From assembly GCF_001194135.2 (NCBI RefSeq), contig NC_068981.1, positions 124,018,099 through 124,075,751 of the forward strand: a stretch of 57,653 nucleotides of DNA, in the 5' to 3' direction. Below the pieces are notes generated by a model. That model worked only from the letters and a program-made list of their open reading frames with translations. It made no database searches and had not been told where the DNA came from. The DNA is from Octopus bimaculoides. Lineage: Eukaryota. Below are positions 13,141-24,945 of this stretch, one piece after another. How positions within the stretch are numbered: position 1 is the first letter of the stretch; each line of letters starts with the position of its first letter. Made by a program: the position numbers and the translations under genes.

Positions 13141-14782
13141 CTACACCAAAGGGTAAGGCTTGAAGTTGTAAAAAAAAGGGGGGTGCCTGATGGGGAAGGG
13201 GTGATAGTTGGAAGAAAGAAGGATAGGAAGAGCTAATAATGCTTATTTTGATTGTCATCTTAAAGGGGAATGTAATGAAAAACTAAAGGAATAAGTATTA
13301 GAAATTAGGGGTGGAAGATAAGTTCAGAGAATAAGGGAAGGAGTACATTGTAACTTAGTATATTTATAATGTTAAAGCAAAATATAATTAAATATATAGA
13401 TGAAGGCTACACTTAAAATTTTAATAAGGGGATACTTTAAGATATAAGAGAAATATTAAAACTTTTCATAAATGTAGTGTATAGAATATCCTGATAAAAT
13501 ATTATACGATGAATGTATAACGGAAATATTTATAATATAAATAGATACTTACAGTATGCAATTAATCTGATATTAAAACCATTCCTGTCAAATACGGGCA
13601 GGTAAAGACAAAAATTTGCACTTCCCCTAAATGTAAAATATATCCTCTAAGATATGTTACTATTCTACCTCGATCATTTTCTTTGATGTACTTCAGATAT
13701 TTCCAGAGGTAATTTAGTCTCTATTAAAACTTGGTCTATCTATATTTTATTTTATCTTGTATTAATAATAATATTCCGGCTATAACTTTTTTCTATATAC
13801 CAATACGATTAGAAAAAAATCGTTTTTATTTTATTTCATCTTATATCTTTCCTTATATCTTTTTATATCTTTTTATGTCATCTTATGCGCTCGTATAAAA
13901 TTTTTTAGAAAAATCTTTGTTATAAAAATTTATAAATTTTTGATATTTTATATCTTTATATTTTATGCCTTTAAATACCCTTTTATATACTTCCATAGTT
14001 TTTATAGCTTATATCGTTATATAGTTTTAATTACACATTATATCTTATAAATTCTTATATTTTATTTTTTTCATAATTTTATGCCTTTATATATCCTTTA
14101 TTATATTTTTATAGTTTTTATAACTTATAAATTTGAGACAATTTATACTTTTTTTTCGTAAAACTCTCTGCATACTGCAGTCTTATATTTTTTAATTATG
14201 CATGATATTCATTATGTGATTATAGGTCTAAATTTGTTTAAATCCTATATCTGAATGTACTCCTTTATATATTTACTATCTCTAATTTACTTAGCCTAAA
14301 CATTAGATCTCATTTCTTACTATATCCTATCTTTATCTACTCATATTTGACGGGAATGGTTTTGATATCAGTTTAATTGCATACTATAAGTAACTATATT
14401 ATAAATATTTCCGTTATACATTCATTATATAATATTTTACCAGGATATTCTACACATTACATTTATGTTAAGTTTTAGTATTTCTCTTCTATCTTAAAGT
14501 ATCACTTATTAAAATTTTAAGTGTAGCCTTCATCTATATATTTATATTTTGTTTTAACATTATAAATATACTAAGTTACAATGTGCTCCTTATTCTCTGA
14601 ACTTATCTTCCACCTCTAATTTCTAATACTTATTCCTTTAACTTTTCATTACATTCCCCCTTTAAGATGACAATCAAAATAAGCATTATTAGCTCTTTCT
14701 ATCCTTCTTTCTTCCAGCTATCACTCCTTCCCATCAGGCATTCCCCCTTTTTTACCACCACAAGACTTACCTTTTGATGTAG
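13141..14782. mobile_element. Foldback-like element with long imperfect terminal inverted repeats (about 460 bp)
   Basis: 13141-13609 is the reverse complement of 14330-14782, e.g. taaaattttaataag / cttattaaaatttta and gatgaaggctacac / gtgtagccttcatc; AT-rich spacer with sub-repeats. Confidence 0.85.
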
Positions 14783-15599
14783 GCCCCGCGGGTCCACTTG
14801 GAGCTCAGTGAGCGCGTTTTGGAGCAAAGGGCACTAGGAAGCGTTAAAAACTTGGGGGCGCTAGGGAGCGCTGGAAGACCCTCATCTTATGTAATTTTAA
14901 TTCGAAATTAACGAATAGCGGACATATTTTCACATCTCTGTGACAATTTTAAAAACCATGTCTTTTTGTTTCAAATTTTCAAAAACTTAAAACACCTTTT
15001 CCAACTTAGCGACACCATGCAAATTCCTGGTACCATGTGTAACTGGTGTCGCGAGAGTGAAACCCCAAAAACAAAACAAAAATCCAAAAACAGATGAAGT
15101 AATGAGCAAAAAGTTGAATGAGTATGTATGCGTGTTTGTGTGCAAATATATAAAGAATGGTGGACAAAATTTTGGAACCAACAAACTGGCTTTTGGGAGT
15201 GGCTGATAGGTATGTATTTGTGTATATGTGTGTATTATGGGTATGTTTGTATGTATACGATTGCGTGTGTTGCTGTTTTTAATTCCTTTCTTTTAGGTTT
15301 TGTACCCATTTCAACTGCTACCATACACAAGATAACGTGGTAAGTCTTATGTTCTGAAATTTAAATTTTTGCTCTCAAGAGCACAATACATTGCCCGGTG
15401 CAGGAATCGAAACCAGAATATACAATCGTGAATGCAACTAAACCACATGCATTCCTCTCTCTCTTTTTCTCATTTTAAACTGAGCGTCAACCTAATACAT
15501 CCACTGTGTAAGTCCTTTTTACTTTTGTTGCTTTCTTTCGGTTATTTTCCGTTTTGCTTATATATGTATGCGTGTATGTGTGTGCGTGTGTGTGCGCGC

Positions 15600-15642
<43 letters not shown>

Positions 15643-16840
15643 GTGTGTGTGTGTGTGTAATCGAATAATATATGTTCTTTATGCCGACTTTAAGTATCAC
15701 CTTTTTAAAAAGATTAATCGCAAATGTATTTTTACTGTTTGAACTGGAGGGTCTTGCATTATTATTAGTCANNNNNNNNNNNNNNNNNNNNNNNNNNNNN
15801 NNNNNNNNNNNNNNNNNNNNNNNNNNNNNNNNNNNNNNNNNNNNNNNNNNNNNNNNNNNNNNNNNNNNNNNNNNNNNNNNNNNNNNNNNNNNNNNNNNNN
15901 NNNNNNNNNNNNNNNNNNNNNNNNNNNNNNNNNNNNNNNNNNNNNNNNNNNNNNNNNNNNNNNNNNNNNNNNNNNNNNNNNNNNNNNNNNNNNNNNNNNN
16001 NNNNNNNNNNNNNNNNNNNNNNNNNNNNNNNNNNNNNNNNNNNNNNNNNNNNNNNNNNNNNNNNNNNNNNNNNNNNNNNNNNNNNNNNNNNNNNNNNNNN
16101 NNNNNNNNNNNNNNNNNNNNNNNNNNNNNNNNNNNNNNNNNNNNNNNNNNNNNNNNNNNNNNNNNNNNNNNNNNNNNNNNNNNNNNNNNNNNNNNNNNNN
16201 NNNNNNNNNNNNNNNNNNNNNNNNNNNNNNNNNNNNNNNNNNNNNNNNNNNNNNNNNNNNNNNNNNNNNNNNNNNNNNNNNNNNNNNNNNNNNNNNNNNN
16301 NNNNNNNNNNNNNNNNNNNNNNNNNNNNNNNNNNNNNNNNNNNNNNNNNNNNNNNNNNNNNNNNNNNNNNNNNNNNNNNNNNNNNNNNNNNNNNNNNNNN
16401 NNNNNNNNNNNNNNNNNNNNNNNNNNNNNNNNNNNNNNNNNNNNNNNNNNNNNNNNNNNNNNNNNNNNNNNNNNNNNNNNNNNNNNNNNNNNNNNNNNNN
16501 NNNNNNNNNNNNNNNNNNNNNNNNNNNNNNNNNNNNNNNNNNNNNNNNNNNNNNNNNNNNNNNNNNNNNNNNNNNNNNNNNNNNNNNNNNNNNNNNNNNN
16601 NNNNNNNNNNNNNNNNNNNNNNNNNNNNNNNNNNNATATATATATATATATATATATATATACGTATATACATATGTATATGTATATATATATATATAAT
16701 ATATATATAATATATTAATTAATATATAATTAATTGATTCATTCAAATAAACAATTATAAACAGAGAAAAAGAAAAAAGTGAACGTGAGGACGTGCACAA
16801 GAAATATTTTAATTAGACGCTCGGTGAAACGAAAGAGTTG

Positions 16841-16876
16841 GTGTCAACATTTCGAGCATAGCTCATCGCCGGAAAC
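16841..16876 (-). ncRNA. Degenerate Penelope-type hammerhead motif
   Basis: CCGGCGA-U-GAGC-uau-GCUC-GAAAU-GUU; downstream ccgagcgt is shared with the 21340 copy. Confidence 0.35.
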
Positions 16877-17453
16877 AGGAAAGTCCAAAGAGAAAGACGG
16901 AAAAATAAGGAAAAATCACCAACAGTCCATATATTTCTTGAAGTTGATATTAATAATAATATATTATCATATCATGAATTCCTCTATATTCATAATAATA
17001 TTTATATTTATTTTTATGAAATGTGCGTACCGTGTAGTGTTGAAACAAGCGTAATTCAAGAATTAATCGTAACGCCATATATCCAAATTTTTTACTATAC
17101 TATACTATATAATGTACACTATACTATATGATGTATAAATGTGTATATGTGTGTATGTATGTATGTATGTATGTATGTATGTATGTATGTATGTATGTCG
17201 AATTCAGACTCGAAAATTGATTTACTTAAGACTTCATTCGGTGTGATTTGATTTCCTTTCTTATTGTATATTTTGACATGAGTCTATTATTTATATTTAG
17301 TATGATGTGACAGGCATATCCCAAGATTCCATATCAGGTTCCAGAAATGCTAAGGAGAGTATGTTCTCTGGAAACTGAAAGAGTCATCAGAAGATCTACA
17401 GATTTTATAGAGACATTATCTAAGATCTTTCGATCTATCCATTTATGTATATG

Positions 17454-17492
<39 letters not shown>

Positions 17493-18212
17493 GAGGCTAC
17501 CATTGGTTTCATGTGAAGAAATATAGGAAAATATCCTAGTGTCTTAAGAATTTTTTAAGCTGATTACATAGAAAAAGATGTTCTCCATTTTGGAGATGTT
17601 TTTCCAAAATGGAGACGAACAACTTTCTCCATGTAATCGGCTTGAAAATTGCTAAGACACNNNNNNNNNNNNNNNNNNNNNNNNNNNNNNNNNNNNNNNN
17701 NNNNNNNNNNNNNNNNNNNNNNNNNNNNNNNNNNNNNNNNNNNNNNNNNNNNNNNNNNNNNNNNNNNNNNNNNNNNNNNNNNNNNNNNNNNNNNNNNNNN
17801 NNNNNNNNNNNNNNNNNNNNNNNNNNNNNNNNNNNNNNNNNNNNNNNNNNNNNNNNNNNNNNNNNNNNNNNNNNNNNNNNNNNNNNNNNNNNNNNNNNNN
17901 NNNNNNNNNNNNNNNNNNNNNNNNNNNNNNNNNNNNNNNNNNNNNNNNNNNNNNNNNNNNNNNNNNNNNNNNNNNNNNNNNNNNNNNNNNNNNNNNNNNN
18001 NNNNNNNNNNNNNNNNNNNNNNNNNNNNNNNNNNNNNNNNNNNNNNNNNNNNNNNNNNNNNNNNNNNNNNNNNNNNNNNNNNNNNNNNNNNNNNNNNNNN
18101 NNNNNNNNNNNNNNNNNNNNNNNNNNNNNNNNNNNNNNNNNNNNNNNNNNNNNNNNNNNNNNNNNNNNNNNNNNNNNNNNNNNNNNNNNNNNNNNNNNNN
18201 NNNNNNNNNNNN

Positions 18213-18290
<78 letters not shown>

Positions 18291-20137
18291 GTGTGAGTGT
18301 GTGTACTTGTGTTCTAGAGTTGCTATTACTAGGTGAAGCAGCGAGGAGTTGAAAAGTAAAAGAAAAAAGCCATCTTATGTTACTCAATAACTATATATTG
18401 AAATCCTTTTAAATGTATTTCATTTATTTCCTTTCTGTTACTGGGAAATGTTTTAGCTTCTTTAATTTAACAGTACCGCTGACTTTCTGCAGGAAAATAT
18501 GTTAAGTTAGAGCTACTTAGTTAAAAGCACAAAGAAATTGTTCTTTCAAATAATCGTATTAAAAATCCAACTGGAAAACTTCAAGCAGTTAAATGGAAGT
18601 ACTATATAGAAATGTTTTTTGACTGTATAAAAAGAAGTTGTTAGTTAAACAGGTGAGCGTGATATATATTTGTGTGGGTGCTAAGCGACGCATCAGAATA
18701 GAAGATAATTTATCTAATGAAACATCAGCTTTCTTAGAACATTTATGGAAAAATCTTTAGAAAATGTATAGAAATTCTATAACTCGATCTCGATCAATGA
18801 ATTACAATAAGATTTATTTCGAGAATTATGAGATTTAATTCATTTTCAGTTTTTCCTCAATGAAAGAAGAAAGGGAAATAATTATATTTGAAAGTTAAAA
18901 TTTTCTCCGAGTCTTAATGATGTGTTAGGTCACCATTGAAGAATGCATCATATTTTGTAGTGTTGATAACCAGGTTACTGAATACAGTTACAGATATCAC
19001 CTTTAAAGAGGGATAGACTGAATTCATTTTCTGAATTACAAGGATCTATAAAGCTTGTGCTTGCTTTTCTCTGACTTCCCTAACATTGCATAGATAAGGA
19101 ATAAAATTCCAGAGAATATCTAAGTTATTACTGTATTGTTTATATCGATTTTTCCCTCAAAAGAAGTTAACGCCGAAAGTAAGCAAAGTAGATATCTGAC
19201 ACAGAACGCTCCTTGCTAATTCGTACCATTTATTGTACCTGGTTATAGTTGGTTGGACTTTCGGCTAACTGACCTGAATGTCGTGTACACCGTATTGCTG
19301 CCAAGCAGATATGAATTGATGAAGCATAGGCCCTGCATGAATAGACGAACATCTGTATTCTTGGATTAATTACTTAACGCGAGAAATTGAACTCGAGTTA
19401 GAGATTCAGCCTTCACAGATAGTTATAGTTGTCTAAATTCGTTAAACATCCAAATACTTCACATTTTCGCGTGGCAAACAGTAACAGATGTTTTCAAAAG
19501 TATCATAAGCTCGTGTAATTTATGTTACAGTGAGAGATATACACACGATATTTTTGTCTACCTCTAAACTGAATTATTACCTGCTTCTATATTATAGCTG
19601 AGCTTTACAATTCTTATCAGAAGCTGTTAATTTGATAATAGCATGCCATTACCATAGCAACCGAAACATATAAACGTTAGAAGAAAGTTGTTAACAGATA
19701 GAGAATAAAGCCATAGAGGAAATGCTTTAAACTCATGTAGGATTATTTCCATCAACTAAATTTCCTTTTCGTGACTCTTCTAAGCAGCTTAAAAACGCAA
19801 CACTCAATACTATCACGAATTTCATTTTCAATCTGTGTTAGTTTGAAAACATCCTGTGATTTGTGAGAGATTTTTCTTTTATTCTCTTTCTTTCTTTTTT
19901 TCTATCAATAAATTTGATAGAAAAAAAAGTAGTTTTTATCTTTCATCATTCTCAACAAAGATTCGTTTATTCATTCTTAATATAGTCTCAGTTCGTTTAC
20001 ATCGCTACGACTACCGAGAAAAGAATGAATGTCACAGTTTCACTTCTTATTCGTTGTATGCGCAACATTCATACTATCATGGACCTAGTTTCGATTCCTA
20101 ATTAGTACGTTTTTTTTTTTACTTTTCTTTGTTTTTT

Positions 20138-20276
20138 GGCGCAGGCGTGGCTGTGTGATAGGAAGCTTGCTTCCTAACCACATGATTCCGAGTTCAGCAC
20201 CACTGCGGGGTATCTTGGGCAAGTGTCTTCTACTGTAGCCTCGAGCGGATTTGGTAGACGGTAACTGGAAGCTCGT

Positions 20277-20280
<4 letters not shown>
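20138..20280 (+). mobile_element. SINE family A, 5' half
   Basis: ggcgcaggcgtggctgtgtg..gagttcagcacc..tcttgggcaagtgtcttctac, followed by (TA)n. Confidence 0.85.
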
Positions 20281-20327
<47 letters not shown>

Positions 20328-20475
20328 ACATTTTGCATACATTTATATGTAAATATATATATATATATGCATATATGTATGTATAGATTTTACATATATA
20401 TATATTCTTTTATTCTTTAACTTTTTTCAGTCATTTGACTGCGGCCATGCTGGAGCACCACCTTTAAGTGTGGTT

Positions 20476-20543
20476 AGGTTTCCCAAGAGGTCACCCAACT
20501 AAGTACTCACTAGGTTCGACATTGCTTAACTTTGGTGCTCGGA
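20476..20543 (-). pseudogene. 5S rRNA-derived fragment (internal control region)
   Basis: Minus strand tccgagcaccaaagttaagcaatgtcgaacctagtgagtacttagttgggtgacctcttgggaaacct aligns by eye with metazoan 5S (tccgatcaccgaagttaagc..ggttagtacttggatgggtgaccgcctgggaatacc). Confidence 0.8.
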
Positions 20544-20732
20544 GGTAAGCTAGCAGAATCGTTAGCAAGCGGCATTTCGTCCGTCTTTATGTTCTGAGCT
20601 CAAATACTACCGAGGTCGAATTTGCCTTTCATCGTTTCTTGTGTCGATATAATAAATAAGTACTGGGGTCAATGTAATTGACTTACTCTCTCTCACAAGC
20701 TTTCTGGCCTTGTATCAAAATTTGAAACCATT
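20544..20732 (+). mobile_element. SINE family B copy
   Basis: gctagcagaatcgttagc..gaggtcgaatttgcctttcatc..ggccttgtatcaaaatttgaaacc. Confidence 0.8.
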
Positions 20733-20859
20733 ATATATAAAGTATATAAAGTATATATATATAAAGTATATAAAGTATATAAAGTATATATATATATATA
20801 TATAATGGTGGTGCACCAGCATGACCGCAGCCACTTGGCTGAAACACATAAATAAATAA

Positions 20860-20896
<37 letters not shown>

Positions 20897-21339
20897 AGGG
20901 TTTCAAATTTTATGCACCACGCATAGGTGCAGGTAATTTTCGCCCACAAACATACACTACACACATGCACACTATTTGCTTACAAACAGACACACATACA
21001 CACGTGCACACAATGCCTGAACTAGCACACATCAACTGCTACACACAACACACACATACACGTTAGCCTCACGCATATACACACGTCTATACGCACACAC
21101 ACACTCGCCCACACATATGTACTCACACGCTCGCCCCCATTCACACATACACACTCACACCATTTTCACATACACACGCGCGCTTGCGCACCTTAGCTCG
21201 TTGGGGGTCACCGTTCACGTTATTATTATTATTATCTCCCGTTCATTCATCCTCTTTTTTTCCAATCATCTCGTCAAGTTGGACCGTTGAACTCGTCCCA
21301 TTTTTTCTCTCTACGTTTTCTTCTTTGTTCCTCTGCATC

Positions 21340-21375
21340 CTTTCTGTCGAAGAGCGTAGGCTCGAAACGGAAAAG
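21340..21375 (+). ncRNA. Variant minimal type I hammerhead motif inside a repeat fragment
   Basis: cuuu-CUGUCGA-A-GAGC-guag-GCUC-GAAAC-GGA-aaag; stems I and II pair, but the core and cleavage triplet deviate from consensus. Confidence 0.45.
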
Positions 21376-22277
21376 ACTTTTCCATTCGTCCCGAGCGTTA
21401 AACTAATAAACCTGCTTGTTCTTGTTGTTCCTACACCTGTCTTCGTCTTTTGTTTTCTGTAAATTTGAACTTTATATACTTGTGTGTGCGTATGTATGTG
21501 CGTGTATGTATATGTATACATATATACATATGAATGCATGTATGTGTGCGACAAACGATGACAGTTATACATGTCATCGCGTAGTTTCTTTTACCGTGAA
21601 GTTACAGCCATGTGAGAAGCTTGAAAGTCAATGTAGAGAGAGGCTAAACGACTCTCAGTTGGTTCCTAAGTCTAATATTTGGTAATGAGTATTTTGGTGA
21701 AACTATATGTATGTGTAATATGCATGTATAGAATTTGTGCGTGTATACGTATGTCTGTGTACTTTTGTTTATACATCTATGTGAAGGTGCGCAAATCTGA
21801 TAGTTAATGGCTGCAATGTGTGTGGGGTATGGATGCGTAGAGTGGGTGTCGGTGTGTGGGTGGGTGTGTTGTGTTACTCTGTGTCTGTGTGCCTGTGTGT
21901 ATCTGTGTGTGTGCGTGCGTGTATGTGTGCGTGTGTGCACGCGCGCATCGGAAGGTCAATGCTTGAAGGAGAATAGAAATAATCTAAGATTATTTGAAAA
22001 CATTTTAGTTAATTTTATTGCATCCTCTAGGGATGTGGCCAAATTTTTTGCTGCAGCGTTTATGATCGAGTGATAGAGAGGATAGATTATCTTTTGTCAG
22101 TTCCTAAATTTAGCGGTTTGATAGATGGTATCTCTGCTAGAACAAATATAGAATATGTGAGGAGCGTGTGTGTACGTCTTAACTGATTGTCAGTTGCTTT
22201 GGAGTTTGTATATGTGAGGGCGGGGGCTGTGCAGGTAGATTAATTGCTTGTGCTTGCCAACCACTTTAATCGACTCA

Positions 22278-22342
<65 letters not shown>

Positions 22343-22369
22343 TGATGATGATGATGATGATGATGATAC

Positions 22370-22603
22370 AATTTTGGCACAAGGCCAGTAAATTTGGGTG
22401 AAGAGGATAAGTCGATTATTATTATTATTATTACCCCAGTAATCAACTGGCATATATTTTATATACTGGTATATATTTTATCGACCACGAAAGGATAGAA
22501 GGCAAAGTCGACCTCAGCGAAGTTTGAACCCAGAACGTAAAGACGGATGAAATACTGCTAAGCATTTTGCCCCGCGTGCCAACGATTCTGCCAGCTCATC
22601 GCC
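22370..22603 (-). mobile_element. SINE family B copy embedded in (AAT)n tracts
   Basis: Head ggcgatgagctggcagaatcg, gggttcaaacttcgctgaggtcgactttgcc; (AAT)n on both sides. Confidence 0.85.
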
Positions 22604-22606
22604 TTG

Positions 22607-22672
<66 letters not shown>

Positions 22673-22715
22673 GTAACACCACAAAAATGATAATTGTAAA
22701 AATAAAATAATTGTA

Positions 22716-22752
<37 letters not shown>

Positions 22753-22769
22753 CCACAAAAAACTATGCT

Positions 22770-23454
22770 CAGAGATAAACCTATCAACAAAAAAATACAG
22801 ACGAAAACAGATCTGTTAGTTTTAAGAAGCTACGGTACGAGCAATGTTTACATTCAGAGAACTCGGTGACGGTGTTGTCTCAAAAAATTGACCCTGAACA
22901 GACAAATCTGTTCCGTAATGTCAACGTGGAAGTTCGTCATACCTCACTGTTAACAAAGCAAAATACAAACCAGAATGGTCATCGACCGGATTACAAAAGA
23001 CCACGTACTCGAATGAGGAACCAGATTCGATACGAGAAATCAGCTTCTGGTTCAAATCTTCCCGATACACAGGAGCTGGAAGTACCCCACAACCGGAATA
23101 TTCCAACAGATGGCCATCCATGCTCGTCATCAAGCAACCAAAAGAAAAAGAATTAAAAATGGTCTAGGGAAGATAAAAGAACTTCTTACGGCATTCTACC
23201 ATGCCATATATTTCCCCACAGATAAATCTAATACTGTACAAACCTACTTAAAATGGAGACAGAAAAACCTTGAAGTAAGACCCTACAAAGACAGTAACAA
23301 ATTTACCAACGTTAGAAGAAACATTATGAAAAAAATTTACTAAGCAGGAGTGGCTGTGTGGTAAGTAGCCTGCTTACCAACCACATGGTTCCGGGTTCAG
23401 TCCNNNNNNNNNNNNNNNNNNNNNNNNNNNNNNNNNNNNNNNNNNNNNNNNNNN

Positions 23455-23492
<38 letters not shown>

Positions 23493-24334
23493 TGTGTGTG
23501 TGTCTGTGTTTGTCCCCCCAACAATCGCTTGACAACCGATGTTGGTGTGTTTACGTCCCTGTAACTTAGCAGTTAGGCAAAAAGACCGATAGAATAAGTA
23601 CTAGGCTTACAAAGGATAAGTCCTGGGGTCGATTTGCTCGACTAAAGGCAGTGCTCCAGCATGGCCGCAGTCAAATGACTGAAACAAGTAAAAGACTAAT
23701 GAGTAAAGAGTAAGAGTAACTGAAGTAGAGATTGACCAAATTATACAAGCAGTAAGGGATAAAAAGATCAAAGCTGTAGCCAAAGAAGATACTACAGAGG
23801 AAATAATCATAGACCAGCCCAGGGCTGATGAAAATGCAGTAATAATTGAAAGAGTTAACATAACTAACTAATAAGCAAAGTGAAATACCTTCTGAACCAA
23901 CTATAAACACTAAGGCAGATGAAAATCAAATAGATGAAGAAAGTCACACGGAAATTGACCCAACAGAGCTACATGATCTAAAAAATCAAATCATGATTGA
24001 ATGACTGAAAATTAAAGAAACCAACATGTATGAAAGTGATACACTCCCAAAAATTCGCAATTCTAACCAAAACCTGAAAATAATTGGTAAAATCCGCCTG
24101 GCACTTAAGGATATAATTTCAGCTAATGATGTTGATATTACAGATCTCAACCACTTGTACTATGCATCCACGAAAATCTCAACGATTCTATAACAACATG
24201 TTCAAAAATAACCCCAATTTTTTTACAAGAAGATAGGGAAGGGACCAGTTACAGTAAAGTCTGATCCATCAAAAGAAGTGCAGGAATTTTGGAATAAAAT
24301 TTGGGTAGAATAAAAAACAGACAATGAAAAGGCC
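22770..24334 (+). mobile_element. R4/Dong-clade non-LTR retrotransposon, decayed 5' part
   Basis: Frameshifted peptides RIKWSRE.., TYLKWRQKN..RPYKDSNKFTNVRRNIMKK, LPKIRNS..ITDLNHLYYAS, NNMFKNNPNFFYKKIG..QEFWNKIW resemble the region upstream of the RT in R4-clade ORFs; interrupted by a SINE. Confidence 0.7.
23344..23718 (+). mobile_element. SINE family A inserted into the R4-like LINE
   Basis: Same head and tail as 780-1178; central (GT)n with an N gap; the LINE reading frame resumes after it. Confidence 0.9.
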
Positions 24335-24642
24335 GTTCTATATTTAAGAGATGAGGAATTATGTACATTATTTATATTATTTACATTTGACAGATATTTG
24401 TCCTCATTTTGTTTGTTGTTAACACAACGTTTCGGCTGATATACCCACCAGCCTTCATCAGGCATCTTGGGGAAATTTCGAACCTGGCTTCTCATTCCTA
24501 AGGTATTTTTCGATGTTATTATTATTATTATTATTATTATTGTTGTTGTTGTTGTTATTATTATTATTCAGGTCACTGCCTGGAATCGAACTCGGAATCT
24601 TGGGGTTAGTAGCCCGCGTTCTTAACCACTACGCCATATGCC
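24335..24642 (-). mobile_element. tRNA-derived SINE (family D) carrying a hammerhead ribozyme
   Basis: Head ggcataTGGCGTAGTGGttaagaacgcgggctactaaccccaagattccgaGTTCGATTCC, then an (AAT/AAC)n spacer, then the hammerhead at 24421-24466. The 3' boundary is approximate. Confidence 0.8.
24421..24466 (-). ncRNA. Minimal type I hammerhead ribozyme
   Basis: gaugc-CUGAUGA-A-GGCUG-guggguauau-CAGCC-GAAAC-GUU/guguu; intact core, 5-bp stem II, palindromic ACGU stem III, stem I formed by WC and wobble pairs. Confidence 0.8.
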
Positions 24643-24727
24643 TTAACTTCAATTCTCACCATCCATACAGTGTAAAGAGAAGAATTGCTCAGTGCCTAAA
24701 ACATCGAGCAAAGAATATAAGTATAAG

Positions 24728-24945
24728 TAGCCGTGCCTGTCGCTCCACGAAAGCGCAGGCACGGCTAACCGACGGAGACGGGCTAACGCACCTCGCCCTC
24801 AGCAAGCACGACGCAGCGAGTCGCGAAAGCGACGCGACCGCGAAGAGTGGGAACGCCCGAAAAGCCGCCCGCTGCCGCCGGTCAGCGACGAGCATCGGCA
24901 ACCTACCCAACCCGTCTTGTAACACGGGTGCAGCACAGAATTTTG
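24728..24945. other. GC-rich structured island of unknown identity
   Basis: 117/170 G+C over 24731-24900; a 12-bp perfect stem, a GAAA tetraloop hairpin and a long-range 7-bp stem. Confidence 0.6.

Noticed and set aside
15672-16800. Long ORFs (200-470 aa) here and at 17.5, 24.5, 38.8, 46.9 and 50 kb
   Set aside because: They are open only because they run through N gaps
18400-19700. Possible very decayed P-element/THAP9-like transposase (WKYYIEMF, LLYCLYRFF fragments)
   Set aside because: Too many stops and too little motif match to support by eye; needs a tBLASTn/HMM search
24728-24767. Resemblance of the first hairpin to group II intron domain V (AGCCG..GAAA..CACGG) or to the 7SL Alu domain
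   Set aside because: Stem geometry and bulge do not fit domain V, and no other intron or SRP domains are present
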